Shown piece by piece: positions 48,138-59,000 of a stretch of DNA of 64,000 nt. Source of the stretch: Planctomycetota bacterium (GTDB lineage Bacteria; Planctomycetota; UBA8108; SXIK01). The stretch's first letter is position 1, and every line of letters begins with the position of its first letter. The stretch lies in the NCBI GenBank assembly GCA_965223265.1, contig OZ244999.1:8288001-8352000 (forward strand), read 5' to 3'. Below the pieces are notes generated by a model. It saw only the letters and a program-made list of their open reading frames with translations, had not been told where the DNA came from and did not search any database. A program made the translations under genes and the position numbers.

Positions 48138-48959
48138 ATGCCGGAGCTTCCCGAGGTCGAGACGGTGCGGCGGAGTCTCGTGCCAGCTTTGGTCGGACGG
48201 CGGATCGAATCGGTCGACGTCTTCGAGCGGCGGCTACGATACCCCGTGCGTCCGGCGCGGCTGCGGCGGGCGTGTGACCAGACGATCGAACGTCTCGGGC
48301 GCCGTGCCAAATACTTGCTGATGCACCTCGAGGACGCGACAACGATCGTGGTTCACCTCGGCATGAGCGGCCGGTTGCTGACCGCGCCGCGCGGGGCGCC
48401 GCGGCCGTCTCACGTTCATGTCACGTTTGGGCTCAGCGGCGGTTTGGAGCTGCGGTTTCGTGACCCGAGGCGGTTCGGGCTTGTCGATGCCGTCACGACC
48501 CCCGAGTTGGAACGCGATCGGCGCTTCGCCCACCTGGGCGTCGAGCCGCTCTCGGAGGCGTTCGACGGGCGCTCTTTTCATGAGCGCTGCCGGGGCGTCC
48601 GTCGTCCGATCAAGAACTACCTCATGGACGCCAGACAGGTGGTGGGGGTCGGGAACATTTACGCCAGCGAGGCTCTCTTCTTGGCCGGAATTCACCCGCG
48701 CCGCGCGGCGGGCAGCCTCAGCCGCAAACGGTGGGAGCGTCTCGTTGCCAGCGTCAAAGAGGTGCTTGACGCCGCCATCGAGGCGGGTGGCACGACCCTC
48801 AACGACTTTCAAAGCGGCACCGGCGATGCCGGTTACTTTCAGGTGCAGCTACGCGTCTATGGGCGCGAGGGCGAAGCTTGTCTGCAGTGCCGGAGCAAGG
48901 TGAGACGACTCGTGCTGGCGGGGCGTTCGACGTACCTTTGTGGCCGCTGTCAGCGGTGA
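48138..48959 (+). CDS. mutM: Formamidopyrimidine-DNA glycosylase
   Basis: MPELPEVET, RRAKYL, HLGMSG, DPRRFG, GVGNIYASE, C-terminal CxxC...CxxCQ zinc finger. Confidence 0.97.
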   Translation: MPELPEVETVRRSLVPALVGRRIESVDVFERRLRYPVRPARLRRACDQTIERLGRRAKYLLMHLEDATTIVVHLGMSGRLLTAPRGAPRPSHVHVTFGLSGGLELRFRDPRRFGLVDAVTTPELERDRRFAHLGVEPLSEAFDGRSFHERCRGVRRPIKNYLMDARQVVGVGNIYASEALFLAGIHPRRAAGSLSRKRWERLVASVKEVLDAAIEAGGTTLNDFQSGTGDAGYFQVQLRVYGREGEACLQCRSKVRRLVLAGRSTYLCGRCQR

Positions 48960-48993
48960 GCCGCGCGGCGCCGGATCCTCGGCGCCACTATCT

Positions 48994-49806
48994 TCAAAAC
49001 ACGAAGAGCATGTTCTCGTCGCGTCGCAGCGTGATGCAGTGAGCCGCGCGGCGGCGAAATGCGTCCTTGGACGCCTGTGGGCAACATAGGCTGGTCTGAT
49101 AGTCCCGCCACTCCTTGGTCTTCGGTTCGTCTCCCAGGTAGCCGTAAATCGCTTCCAACCGCGCCGAGAACGCGGCCTGGTTGAAGAGCCACTTGGCGCT
49201 GTGGATGGCGAGCTCGGCGGCGTCGAGATAGTGGGTGCGCTGCTGCGCGTCATCGAGGTTGTTGGCACAGCATGCCAAACAGATGTACGTCGCCAGGTGT
49301 TGATCCGGTCGCGCTGAGGCGTCGTCTGCTAGCTCGAGAAAGTACTCGCGCGCCTCGGCAGGATGGCCGACGTGCAGATGGTAGAGCCCCTGGATGCGCT
49401 TGCGCAAATTGAGCGCCATGCGGACCTCGGGAAACTCGTCCAGGACTTCGTCCGGAAGCTGCGGGAGGAACGGTTGGACGCCGATTTCGCCGCGCTCGGC
49501 GTCTTCGAACAGGAGCACGTTTTCGAACTTGAAGACTTGCAGGAGGAACGTGCGCACTAAATTCGGAATCGTCGGGTCGGCAGACTCGGCGAGCCTGTCA
49601 GCCTTGTCGAACCACTCGCACGCTTCATCGGGCCGACTCTGTAGAGAGCGAATTCGGCCTCGCTGCGAGTAGCCGTGAAAATGACGACACTCCCGGAGCT
49701 CTGCGAAAGAAGCTTCCAGATCTACGCCATCGAGTAAACGGTCGCCCCAACCTTTCGGTAGAGGGCTGTCTGGGATCGCCACGGCCAACTCCTTTCCAGT
49801 TGACAT
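48994..49806 (-). CDS. Hypothetical all-helical (TPR-like) protein
   Basis: Long ORF with plausible codon usage and repeated GxxxxAxxxF/Y helical patterns. Confidence 0.6.
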   Translation of the reverse strand: MSTGKELAVAIPDSPLPKGWGDRLLDGVDLEASFAELRECRHFHGYSQRGRIRSLQSRPDEACEWFDKADRLAESADPTIPNLVRTFLLQVFKFENVLLFEDAERGEIGVQPFLPQLPDEVLDEFPEVRMALNLRKRIQGLYHLHVGHPAEAREYFLELADDASARPDQHLATYICLACCANNLDDAQQRTHYLDAAELAIHSAKWLFNQAAFSARLEAIYGYLGDEPKTKEWRDYQTSLCCPQASKDAFRRRAAHCITLRRDENMLFVF

Positions 49807-49860
49807 TGTAACGGGAGTCGGCCGTGGGATCACCTTTGAAAAACATCCTCACTATTTAGC

Positions 49861-50235
49861 TCACGGACACTGATAGTCTTCGCAGCCAGGGTTCGGACTG
49901 GTCGTGTCCGGGTCGCAGTTCGGATTATAGGGCCCTGGCGCCGGTGGTGCCGGCGCGCCACTATCGTAGAGCCAGTTACTCAAATAGATGACGTCGGAGT
50001 TGTCGATATCGCCGTCATCGTTGACGTCGGCCTGGTTCAAGCAGGGCGGTTCGTCGCCGTTGCTGAAGAGAAAATTCGACAGGAAGATGATGTCGCTGTG
50101 ATCGACATCCTGGTCGTTGTTGGTGTCCCCGCGTTTTCCGATAAGGAAATCATCGCCGGGAAGGCCCGCCCAAGTCACACTCGAAACTCCACACACCAGC
50201 CCGAGAACCAACCCAAACCCAAACCATCGGGACAT
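49861..50235 (-). CDS. Secreted stand-alone dockerin-like protein (124 aa)
   Basis: GGAGG RBS, signal peptide, two EF-like loops (RGDTNNDQDVDHSD, ADVNDDGDIDNSD) and a Cys pattern shared with the C-terminus of 21552-24605. Confidence 0.8.
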   Translation of the reverse strand: MSRWFGFGLVLGLVCGVSSVTWAGLPGDDFLIGKRGDTNNDQDVDHSDIIFLSNFLFSNGDEPPCLNQADVNDDGDIDNSDVIYLSNWLYDSGAPAPPAPGPYNPNCDPDTTSPNPGCEDYQCP

Positions 50236-50562
50236 AACAACCTCCTTGAAAAAGGCACTTCGTGAGACACTTCGAGGTGGAGGGATGCCCGATCAGCTCC
50301 GCCGGTCGTCAGGTGGCCAGGCTGACGACACCTTGCGGGGGTCGATGTTTGTCGTCCGAGATGCGTAGACCCAACTCATTCAAACTGATTAAGCACTCGT
50401 GAGCGGACGACCACGGGGCATCTCGGGAGCTTGAATGTGCAACGTTGGTTCCACGGTTTTTCTTATGGAGACCGCCTTCTCGGCCGATGTAGTATGGCTG
50501 CGAGTTGTCTGTGAACCGTTGGTCTAACGTCGGGCTGTTTCGGCCTTTGGAGAGGTGTTGTT

Positions 50563-50967
50563 ATGGCGTCCAAGCGCAGTCAAGAAGCTGGACGGAAAGC
50601 TCCGAACTTGAACGAAGTTCACACTCGTTTGGTAGAGCTTCTCGAGGAATTGCTCAACTGCGTTGACGAGGAAATCGGGCTCGATTCGGCGGCGTTTGCG
50701 TCACAGTCGGTGAACGTTTTGGCGTACGCAGTTCGCAATCATCAGTCGTATGCACTCGTCCAGATGCCGATCGAGGAGAAAGTTCCTCTCACCGAACGCC
50801 AGCGCGAAATCGCCGTGCTCGCCAGCTACGGCATGAAAAACAAGACCATCGCTTTTCGTCTTGGCATCTCGTCCGCGACGGTGGCGGCACATCTCCGACA
50901 CATCTACCGCAAGCTCGAGATCAGCAGCCGCACAGAGCTCGCGCACCGCACCAAGCTGCTCAGCTAA
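50563..50967 (+). CDS. LuxR-family HTH regulator lacking a receiver domain
   Basis: LTERQREIAVL.S.G..NKTIA..LGIS..TV..HLRHIYRKL; GGAGAGG RBS. Confidence 0.9.
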   Translation: MASKRSQEAGRKAPNLNEVHTRLVELLEELLNCVDEEIGLDSAAFASQSVNVLAYAVRNHQSYALVQMPIEEKVPLTERQREIAVLASYGMKNKTIAFRLGISSATVAAHLRHIYRKLEISSRTELAHRTKLLS

Positions 50968-50999
50968 CGACGCCGTCGGTGCATGGATCCGCGCCCGCT

Positions 51000-51806
51000 C
51001 TATGATCCGCGCGGCGGCTCCGTCGCGGCCCTTAGTCCGCGGAGGAATGCAGCGTAGCCCTTTCGGCCTTCCTTCTCCCACGCCTCGAGGCATGCGGTGC
51101 CGACGATGGCGATTTCGGCTCGACCGTGCAGGGCTTCGACGTCGGCAGCTGTCTTGATGCCGAAACCGAGCGCCAGGGGCAGATCGGTTGCCGCGCGGCA
51201 GCGCTCGAGAAAACGGCCGACGTCGTCTCCGAGCTGTGTCTTTTTGCCGGTGACGCCCTTGCGTGCCACACAATAGACGAACCCTGAGGCGCGTTCGGCG
51301 ATGGCCCGAAGGCGTGGTTCAGAGTTTGTTGGTGTCATCAGGAGAACGGGGTCCAGGCCTCGCGCACGCCCTTGGCGATGCAGTTCGTCAGCTTCCTCCG
51401 GCGGCAAATCGGCAACGATGTAACCCTTGGCGCCGGCGTCGTGGAGGCGCTTGCAGAACTCGGCTGTGCCCATGCGAAAGATGCTGTTGTAGTAGCCCAT
51501 GAAGAGGATTGGGAACGTCACCGCCGCGGCAGCCCGCTCCAAGAAGTCGAAGTAATCCTGCCAGGCGAGGTGGTGGTCGATTGCCACTTGGTTGGCTTTG
51601 ATGAACCATGGGCCGTCAGCGATTGGTTCACTGAACGGGAGCTGCAGCTCGACGACGTCGACGCCCGCATCGCTCATGCACTCGAGCATCTCCCAGTTGG
51701 CCTCAAGCGAAGGATAGCCGACGACGGCGTGCGCCATGAGCAGAATGGGGCGCTCAGCGAGGCGTGAGTCGAGGTGCTCGCGCAGGGAGCTGTGGCACGG
51801 GGTCAT
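51000..51806 (-). CDS. trpA: Tryptophan synthase alpha subunit
   Basis: GYPS, ELQLPFSEPIADGP, MGYYN, DLPPEE, GFVYCV...GVTG, GFGI. Confidence 0.95.
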   Translation of the reverse strand: MTPCHSSLREHLDSRLAERPILLMAHAVVGYPSLEANWEMLECMSDAGVDVVELQLPFSEPIADGPWFIKANQVAIDHHLAWQDYFDFLERAAAAVTFPILFMGYYNSIFRMGTAEFCKRLHDAGAKGYIVADLPPEEADELHRQGRARGLDPVLLMTPTNSEPRLRAIAERASGFVYCVARKGVTGKKTQLGDDVGRFLERCRAATDLPLALGFGIKTAADVEALHGRAEIAIVGTACLEAWEKEGRKGYAAFLRGLRAATEPPRGS

Positions 51807-53077
51807 TCGGAACCCTCATACTCAGCGGCCTTCGCGCGCAGGAAGTCGCGCCACCTTTCGTCGCCAAGGGCATCGGCGATGGTGAAGATGTCTTTGTCGC
51901 CCCGTCCGGAGATGTTGACGAGCACGATGTCATCCGAGCTGAGCTCCTTCGCTTCCCGCAAAGCGCCGACAATCGCGTGAGTGCTCTCAAGGGCTGGAAT
52001 GATGCCTTCGTTGCGCACCGTCAAGCGGAACGCCTCGACGACTTCACGATCGGTGGCGCTTTCGAATCGAACACGTCCGACATCATGAAGGTGAGCAAGA
52101 ATCGGCCCGATGCCGATGTAATCGAGCCCTGCTGACACGGAGTGGGTGTCGTTCATGAGTCCTTCGTTGTTCTGAAGGAAGTAGGTCTTGTAACCCTGGG
52201 CCACGCCTGGCGTTCCTTGGCCGCCCGCGATGCGTGCCGCATGCTGACCCGTCTCCAGGCCGAGACCGCCGGCCTCGACTCCCACGAGTTCGATGTCTGG
52301 GTCATCAAGGAAACCCGCAAAAATTCCGGAAGCGTTCGAGCCGCCGCCGACGCACGCGTAGACCCGGCTTGGGAGCTCGCCCACCGCATCGAGCATCTGC
52401 TGACGCGCTTCGCGACCGATGATCGACTGGAAGTACATGACCATTTGTGGAAACGGATGCGGCCCGCAGACGGTGCCCATGACGTAGTGTGTGTTGGCCA
52501 TCGATTCGACCCAGTCGCGTAGGCAGGCGTTGATTGCATCCTTGAGTGTCTTGGTCCCGTCGTCGACCGAGATGACTTCGGCGCCCAGCTGTTCCATCCA
52601 AAAGACGTTCGGCCGTTGCCGCGCGACGTCTTCAGCACCCATATAAATCGTGCACTCCAGCCCAAAGCGTGCTGCCATCGTCGCGGTCGCGACGCCATGC
52701 TGCCCCGCGCCCGTCTCTGCAATGACTCGCGTCTTTCCCATGCGCTTCACGAGCAGGCCTTGGCCGATGACGTTGTTCGCCTTGTGGGCACCTGTCTGGT
52801 TGAGATCTTCACGCTTCGCGTAGATGCGTCCGCCAGATGCGATCCGACTGAGGTTTTCACAAAAAGTGATGGGTGTCGGGCGACAGGAATAGGTCGACAT
52901 GACCGACTCGTACTCGCCCCAGAACTGGGAATCACTCTGCGCTGAAGCGAACGCTTGGCGCAGCTCCGCGATGGTCTCGTGCAGAATCTCGGGCACGAAG
53001 GAGCCACCAAACTCGCCGTAATACCCTTCGCGTTCAGGTTTGAATTCAAACAGTTCTCTAAGCATCTCAGCTGTCAC
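51803..53077 (-). CDS. trpB: Tryptophan synthase beta subunit
   Basis: GYYGEFGG, KREDLNQTGAHK, AETGAGQHG, CVGGGSN, HSVSAGLDY, SGRGDKD. Confidence 0.97.
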   Translation of the reverse strand: MTAEMLRELFEFKPEREGYYGEFGGSFVPEILHETIAELRQAFASAQSDSQFWGEYESVMSTYSCRPTPITFCENLSRIASGGRIYAKREDLNQTGAHKANNVIGQGLLVKRMGKTRVIAETGAGQHGVATATMAARFGLECTIYMGAEDVARQRPNVFWMEQLGAEVISVDDGTKTLKDAINACLRDWVESMANTHYVMGTVCGPHPFPQMVMYFQSIIGREARQQMLDAVGELPSRVYACVGGGSNASGIFAGFLDDPDIELVGVEAGGLGLETGQHAARIAGGQGTPGVAQGYKTYFLQNNEGLMNDTHSVSAGLDYIGIGPILAHLHDVGRVRFESATDREVVEAFRLTVRNEGIIPALESTHAIVGALREAKELSSDDIVLVNISGRGDKDIFTIADALGDERWRDFLRAKAAEYEGSE

Positions 53078-53176
53078 TCGTAGCGCTCGGGAGAGCGTGA
53101 GTCGAGGTTCCGATCAAGACAGGAGCTGTAGGTCGTACGAACCTCGTCGCTACTTGGTTCGTTCGTTTCGACCATC

Positions 53177-54157
53177 TTACTCGCTACCGTCGGTTGCAGC
53201 GTCGTCGTTCTTGCGTGAGCGGAGAATGTTCAGGCCGGGAACGCCCGTCAGGTCGAGTCGGTAGAGTGCTCCAGGCTTTCCGCCCGTCACATAGAGCTGG
53301 TCGAAGTTGGGGCCACCAAAGGCAACGTTGCTGGTGGTCACGTTGCCGCCGGGGTAGCTGCGTTTGATTCGGCCGTGACGGTCTATGACGTGCACGCTCT
53401 GCATCCCCCAGTGCGCTACGTAAAGGTTACGAAAGAGGTCGAGACAGATGCCGTCAGGCTGGTTGCGCATCGGGTCGCCACTGGGGTGTTCAGGTAAGGT
53501 CACGAAGACGCGGCGATTGGTCACCTTTCCAGGCGAAACGACGTCGTACGCGAGAATGTGGTTTCTCTGACTTTCAGCGACGAAGAGGACGGTGCCGGGG
53601 GCGGTGATGACGATCCCATTGGGAAACGCAAGGCCCTCATCCACCAGGTGCGTCGTGCCTTCGCTATCGACGTAGTGAATCGTGCCGATGGGTGCGTCAG
53701 CGCTCGATCCGCCGGGGTCGGTGAAGTAGAAACCGCCGTGGCGATCGAGCGTCAAATCGTTGGGACCGCGAAGCGGTTTGCCTTCGCACTCCGACGCTGC
53801 TTTGCCGACAACGTCGCCGCTTGCGTCGAGGTGGAGGACGGCATGATGGCTCGCGTCGCACACGAGATGTGTCCCATCCGGGAGGATCTTGTGTCCGTTA
53901 GGCTCGCCGGTTTCGGCCCACTGGCGATGCGTTCCGTCGGGTGCAACCACCGTGATGATCTTGCCGTGGGAAAAATAGATATTGCCGTCGTAGTCGACGA
54001 CGACGCCTTCCGAGTAGTCGTTAGTGCGCACAACTTCCACAGGCGTCACGGCCCCGGCCGAGGGGAAGCTCTGCTGCGGAAACTTCATGCACGACGTGGC
54101 GAGAGAGCTTGCGATGAATGCGGTGATCGCCCGCACTGCGACTCCGTGTCGAGTCAT
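53177..54157 (-). CDS. SMP-30/gluconolactonase family protein (probable lipoprotein)
   Basis: SEG, PNG, PNDL, YFTDP, FPNGI, PDGI, NVAFGG; lipobox-like ATS-C. Confidence 0.9.
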   Translation of the reverse strand: MTRHGVAVRAITAFIASSLATSCMKFPQQSFPSAGAVTPVEVVRTNDYSEGVVVDYDGNIYFSHGKIITVVAPDGTHRQWAETGEPNGHKILPDGTHLVCDASHHAVLHLDASGDVVGKAASECEGKPLRGPNDLTLDRHGGFYFTDPGGSSADAPIGTIHYVDSEGTTHLVDEGLAFPNGIVITAPGTVLFVAESQRNHILAYDVVSPGKVTNRRVFVTLPEHPSGDPMRNQPDGICLDLFRNLYVAHWGMQSVHVIDRHGRIKRSYPGGNVTTSNVAFGGPNFDQLYVTGGKPGALYRLDLTGVPGLNILRSRKNDDAATDGSE

Positions 54158-54299
54158 ATCGAACCTCGTTGCTTGGGTCGTTCCATGGGTCCAAGACATT
54201 GAATGATTGAGCGCAGCCTGGGATCATAGCACGGCGAGTCGCGCGGATTGAACCGCCGAATCGACTGTGCCGGCAACGCCAACGGAGGACGAGAAGAAA

Positions 54300-55265
54300 A
54301 TGACTGACACGGAGAGTGTCGGCGCGGACGCTCAGGCCACGTTTGCGGATCTGCCACGCCTCGACTTCGCCACTCTGCACCGTCGCCGTCAGCGCCTGCT
54401 TCTCCTTTTCGCCGGTATCTTCCTTGGCGCCATGGCGATGCTGAATATCCTCGGCATCACGAAGTTCCTTCAGATTGGCGCGCTAGCCGTCGCGGTGGGC
54501 GTTCTACCGTATCCTCTGACCTTTTTGTGCACGGACTTCATCAGCGAATTCTACGGCCGGCGCACGGCGAATTTCGTTGTCTTCGTGGGGCTGCTCGTCA
54601 ATCTCGTCGTCTTGGCATTCATCGGCCTCGGCGATTTGCTGCCGGTTGCCGGCGGCAAGCCGGCGCCATTTCAGGTCGTTCTTGAGCTCGAAACAGGCAC
54701 CATCGAAGCGTATCGTGCCGATGGTCAAATGGTCACCATCGAGCCCCGCGGGCCGCAGCACGACCCAGCGCAAGAAACCCTCGTACCGCGTCTCGGCCCG
54801 GACGGTCAGCCACTCCTCGGGCGGCGCGACGGATTTCCCATCCTCGACGAAGCCGGTGACGGGCGCCTGCTCTTTCGTCAAGTCGGTCTCTTTGATCGCA
54901 TCGCAACGACGACGCGCATGGCGATTCTGGCCAGCATGATCGCGTACTTGTTTGCTCAGTTCATCGACGTCTACCTCTTTCACTTTTGGCGCAAAGTGAC
55001 GCGCGGGCGCCACCTGTGGCTACGTAACAACGGCTCGACGCTCGTCAGTCAGCTGGCCGACACCGTAGCCGTCGTCCTCATAACCTTTTGGGGGCCGATC
55101 GTCGCCGGCGACATGGGGAGCGCGGAAGTCCTGAGATACATCTGGGGTGGCTACACCTTCAAGCTTCTCGTCGCTCTCGCGGACACCGTGCCATTCTACC
55201 TGGGCGTGCGGTACATCGGTCGTTACCTGCGGATCGACTCGGTGGGGTCGGCGTCGGGAGCCTGA
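54300..55265 (+). CDS. Queuosine precursor transporter (YhhQ/Vut_1 family) with a large loop insertion
   Basis: YPLTFLCTDFISEFYGR, ASMIAYLFAQFIDV, LWLRNNGSTLVSQLADT, K..VALADT. Confidence 0.9.
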   Translation: MTDTESVGADAQATFADLPRLDFATLHRRRQRLLLLFAGIFLGAMAMLNILGITKFLQIGALAVAVGVLPYPLTFLCTDFISEFYGRRTANFVVFVGLLVNLVVLAFIGLGDLLPVAGGKPAPFQVVLELETGTIEAYRADGQMVTIEPRGPQHDPAQETLVPRLGPDGQPLLGRRDGFPILDEAGDGRLLFRQVGLFDRIATTTRMAILASMIAYLFAQFIDVYLFHFWRKVTRGRHLWLRNNGSTLVSQLADTVAVVLITFWGPIVAGDMGSAEVLRYIWGGYTFKLLVALADTVPFYLGVRYIGRYLRIDSVGSASGA

Positions 55266-55543
55266 ACTCGCCAGCGCCGCAAACGTGACGGCAAGAACCG
55301 TCTTCGCCTTACCACTCTTTGGGGGCTGAGGGCTGCCGAATGCGTCGACCGGCGGACCACGTAGCGCTGCGTCGAGTGGCGCCCGGCGCAGCAAGTTCCT
55401 GCGTTTTTATCTCCCTTGAAGGATTTCGGGGCCGGTGGCCGATACGATGAGACTATGGCCCCGGTGGGGACGGCCTCGACTGCGGTCGTGGCTCCTTTGC
55501 CAGCGACCTTCTCAAGACTTCGCACCAGCGAGCTCGCAGACCC

Positions 55544-56017
55544 ATGAGCGACGACACCCTGAGCCTTTCGAACTCCATCCTGCGGCCTCTTGACGTCGAG
55601 GACGAGGCGCTGTACGAGGCTGCCTGCGAAGTGATCCGACGCCGTTTTGAGGTTGGGAGGCACCACGTTGGCGCCGCCGTGCGGACTCGGTCTAGGAAGA
55701 TCTACGCGGCAGTGCACCTGCAGGGAGTGATTGGTGAGCCTGCCGTCTGCGCCGAGAAGATCGCCATCGGACGTGCCATGACCGTGGCCGCAGATCCGAT
55801 CGCGCGTTCAGTGGCAGTTCGCCATCCGAAGGCGCACGAAAGAGATGGGCAGCTCTTTGTTCTGCCACCGTGCGGAAGTTGCCGAGAGTTGATCGGAGAC
55901 TACGGCGGGCCAGAGTGCTGGGTGATCCTCGATGTCGACGGGCGTCTTGCCAAGGCACGAATCGCCGACCTGCTACCGTTTCGGCGCTGGTCGCGCGGCG
56001 CGTCACCGCCGCGCTAG
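55544..56017 (+). CDS. Cytidine-deaminase-family protein, blasticidin-S deaminase (Bsr)-like
   Basis: HHVGAAVRT, AVH, VCAExIAIG, VAVRHP, PCGxCRELIxDY; zinc ligands CAE...PCxxC. Confidence 0.82.
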   Translation: MSDDTLSLSNSILRPLDVEDEALYEAACEVIRRRFEVGRHHVGAAVRTRSRKIYAAVHLQGVIGEPAVCAEKIAIGRAMTVAADPIARSVAVRHPKAHERDGQLFVLPPCGSCRELIGDYGGPECWVILDVDGRLAKARIADLLPFRRWSRGASPPR

Positions 56018-56079
56018 CCGACGAGCGTATCCCGACCGTCGCGCACAGCGCTGCGCGGCGGGAGCGTGACGTACCGCCG

Positions 56080-59000
56080 TCAGCTGAACAGGACTTCCAG
56101 GTCGTCCTTGGTCAGATCGCGCATGATGTTCTCATCAGCTGTGACGATCGCATCGGCGAGCTTTCGTTTCGACTCCTGGAGATCGGCAATGCGCTCTTCG
56201 ATCGTACTCTCCGAAACGAAGCGGTAGGCGAACACTTTTTTGTCCTGACCAATTCGGTGGGCGCGATCGATCGCCTGGGCTTCCACAGCGGGATTCCACC
56301 AAGGGTCGAGGATAAACACATAGTCGGCAGCCGTCAGGTTGAGTCCGACTCCACCGGCTTTCAGGCTGATGAGGAAGAATCTGCAGTCCTCATCCTCTTG
56401 GAAGCGGTCGACACGCTCCGCGCGATTGCGAGTCTGCCCATCGAGGTATTCGTAGTTCTTTCCAAGCCCATCCATCGTCTCACGCACGATCGAAAGCAAA
56501 GACGTGAACTGGGAAAAGATGAGTGCTTTGTGGCCTTCGTCCTCGACTTGCTCGAGCATGTCGATGAGAGCGTTGAATTTGCCCGATTGGCTCTCTGCGT
56601 ACTCGTCGTCGATTAGGCGTGGGTGACACGCCGCCTGCCGCAATCGCAGCAGCGCTTCCAGGATATGTAACTTGGAGCGCGCCAGTCCCTTCGATTTGAC
56701 TTGAGCCAGCACCGAGTTGCGACAGCGCTCCTTGAGCTCGTTGTAGATCTTGCGCTGCTCTGTTTCCATCTGACAGAGGATCGTTTCCTCGGTTCGCGGT
56801 GGAAGATCTGGCGCGACCTCTTCTTTCTTGCGACGCAGAATGAATGGCCGCAACGTTCGACGCAAGAATGACAGGCCGCCCGCGTCCGAGAGTTCGCCGC
56901 CAAACCGTTTCTTAAAGGCATTGTAAGTGCCAAGCATGCCGGGATTGAGAAAATCGAAGAGCGACCAGAGCTCACCGAGATGGTTCTCAACCGGCGTACC
57001 ACTCAGAATCAGACGGCGCTGGCCGTTGAGGACGCGTACAGCGCGAGCGTTTTGTGAGTCGATGTTTTTGATCGCCTGCGCTTCGTCGAGGATCACGTAA
57101 AGAAACGGAATACTGGCAAGCTGCTCGACGTCTCTTCGCACCGTACCGTAGGTGCTGAAGATCACATCGTACTCATCGAGTTTCTCCAGGATCTTGGCAC
57201 GCTTGGGCCCCAAATAGCTGGCGCACTTGAGGTTTGGCGTGAAGCGCTGGGCTTCTCGTTGCCAGTTGAACACCAGAGACTTCGGCGTGACGATCAGCGT
57301 CGTGCCGGTGCGGCCTTCTTCCTTCAGTAGCTGCAGGTGCGCCAGCGCTTGGATCGTTTTGCCAAGACCCATATCGTCAGCTAGGCAACCACCCCACTCC
57401 ATGCTGTCGAGAAAACGAAGCCAGCCAACACCGAACTCCTGATAGGGGCGGAGCGTACCGTTGAAGTTCTCGGACGCCTCGTGCTCTTCGACGCCTTGGA
57501 AACTGTCGAGACGATCTTTTTCGGTGCGGAAACTCTGATCCAATCGAGCCTTGATGTTCTCTTCCACCAGGGCGTCGACCATAGACGACTGGTTGCGGCG
57601 CAGTCTAAGTTTTCCGTCATGGACATGTCCCAGCTCCATCCACGCGGCGTTTTTTTCGATCCAGTCCGATGGAAGCACGCCAACGACACCCTGCTTCAGG
57701 ACAATCATGCGATTTCCTTGCTGCATCGCTTCCATGAGCTCAGGCACCTTGATGCTTTGGTCGCCGAAATGTACGCGGACGTCGACATCGATATAGTCGG
57801 TCCCGGTTTCGACCTCGACCTGCATGTCCGTGGGAGGACGGAAAGGCATCCGCTTGCCGTGGAGCGTCCAGCCGAGCTCGAAGAGCTCCGGTGCAGCGAC
57901 GACGAGGCGATCAGCTGAGAGGCTAAAAGAGTGCTTGCTCTCATTGTAGAGGAAGCCCAGCTGAAGAAGTTCTACCGCGCGAGCGCCCTCGGACTCCAGA
58001 TTGCGAACGATGAGGCGTCGATTCTTGAGTGAGAAGAACCGTTTGCCAGGACGCGCAGCACGCACCAAGTTGTCGCCGTAACGGAACGTCACTTCGGCGT
58101 CGACCTCCTGAGGGCCGCTCTCCAGCTTGAGCTCAGGGCGTGGTTCGATGCCGGTGACATTTTTGATCTTGAGCGCGCTGGGGAAATGCGCTTCCGGCAG
58201 CGTGGTTGAACGCTCAAAAATTTTCAGCAGAGACGAAATCTTGCGCTTCGGGACATGTCGAAAACGGCCTCGACGCAAGGCCTTGAGCCAGGCGACTGAA
58301 CCAGAGAACTCGACATCGCTGAGCTTGCCTGAGCGACGCAGGAGTTGTCCTTTTTCGCCGTCTGTGATCAACAAGACCTGGGATTTGTACAGGAGCGTCT
58401 TGTGGCCTCGAACGAAGCGGCACGTCAGGTGGAAGTCACCGCGTTTCTTGATGCGTTCGAGCAAGAGGTGAAAGTCGAGAGGTGGGCGATCTTCCCGCAC
58501 GATCGGTACCACCCGAGTGGTGCCGGAGTGGAGCAAATAGACGCGTCCGCTTTCGATCAGCAGGGGCAAGAGTGTCCGCCAAGCCTTTTCTGTGACCGTC
58601 ACCGCGGACGTGTTGGGTGCCGAGGAGCGGACTTTTCCGCGTTTACGCTTGGACTTCTTACGCTGAAGCGCAGCTTTCGACTGGCGCGGCAGACGGAGGA
58701 GGATCGACGTGAGCGCCTCGTCTTCTTCGTGCTTGGAGAACCTCGGTAGATGGCGGTCAATGGCCACTGGGAGGATCGCGGAACCGTGCTGGCCCTGCGG
58801 GCCTGGTTGTCGAAAGAAGACTCGTACGACTCCGGTCGCGCCGATCGGCGCGTTGGCTTCGACAACATAGATCAGCCCGGCTGGCCCCGGCGGCACTTGG
58901 GGTAGCCGTGAACGACCAGAACCCTTTGAACGACGTTTGCCATGGCGGCCACCGGAACGTTGTCCTTTTGATGGACCTCGCTGTCCGTGACGCCGACGGT

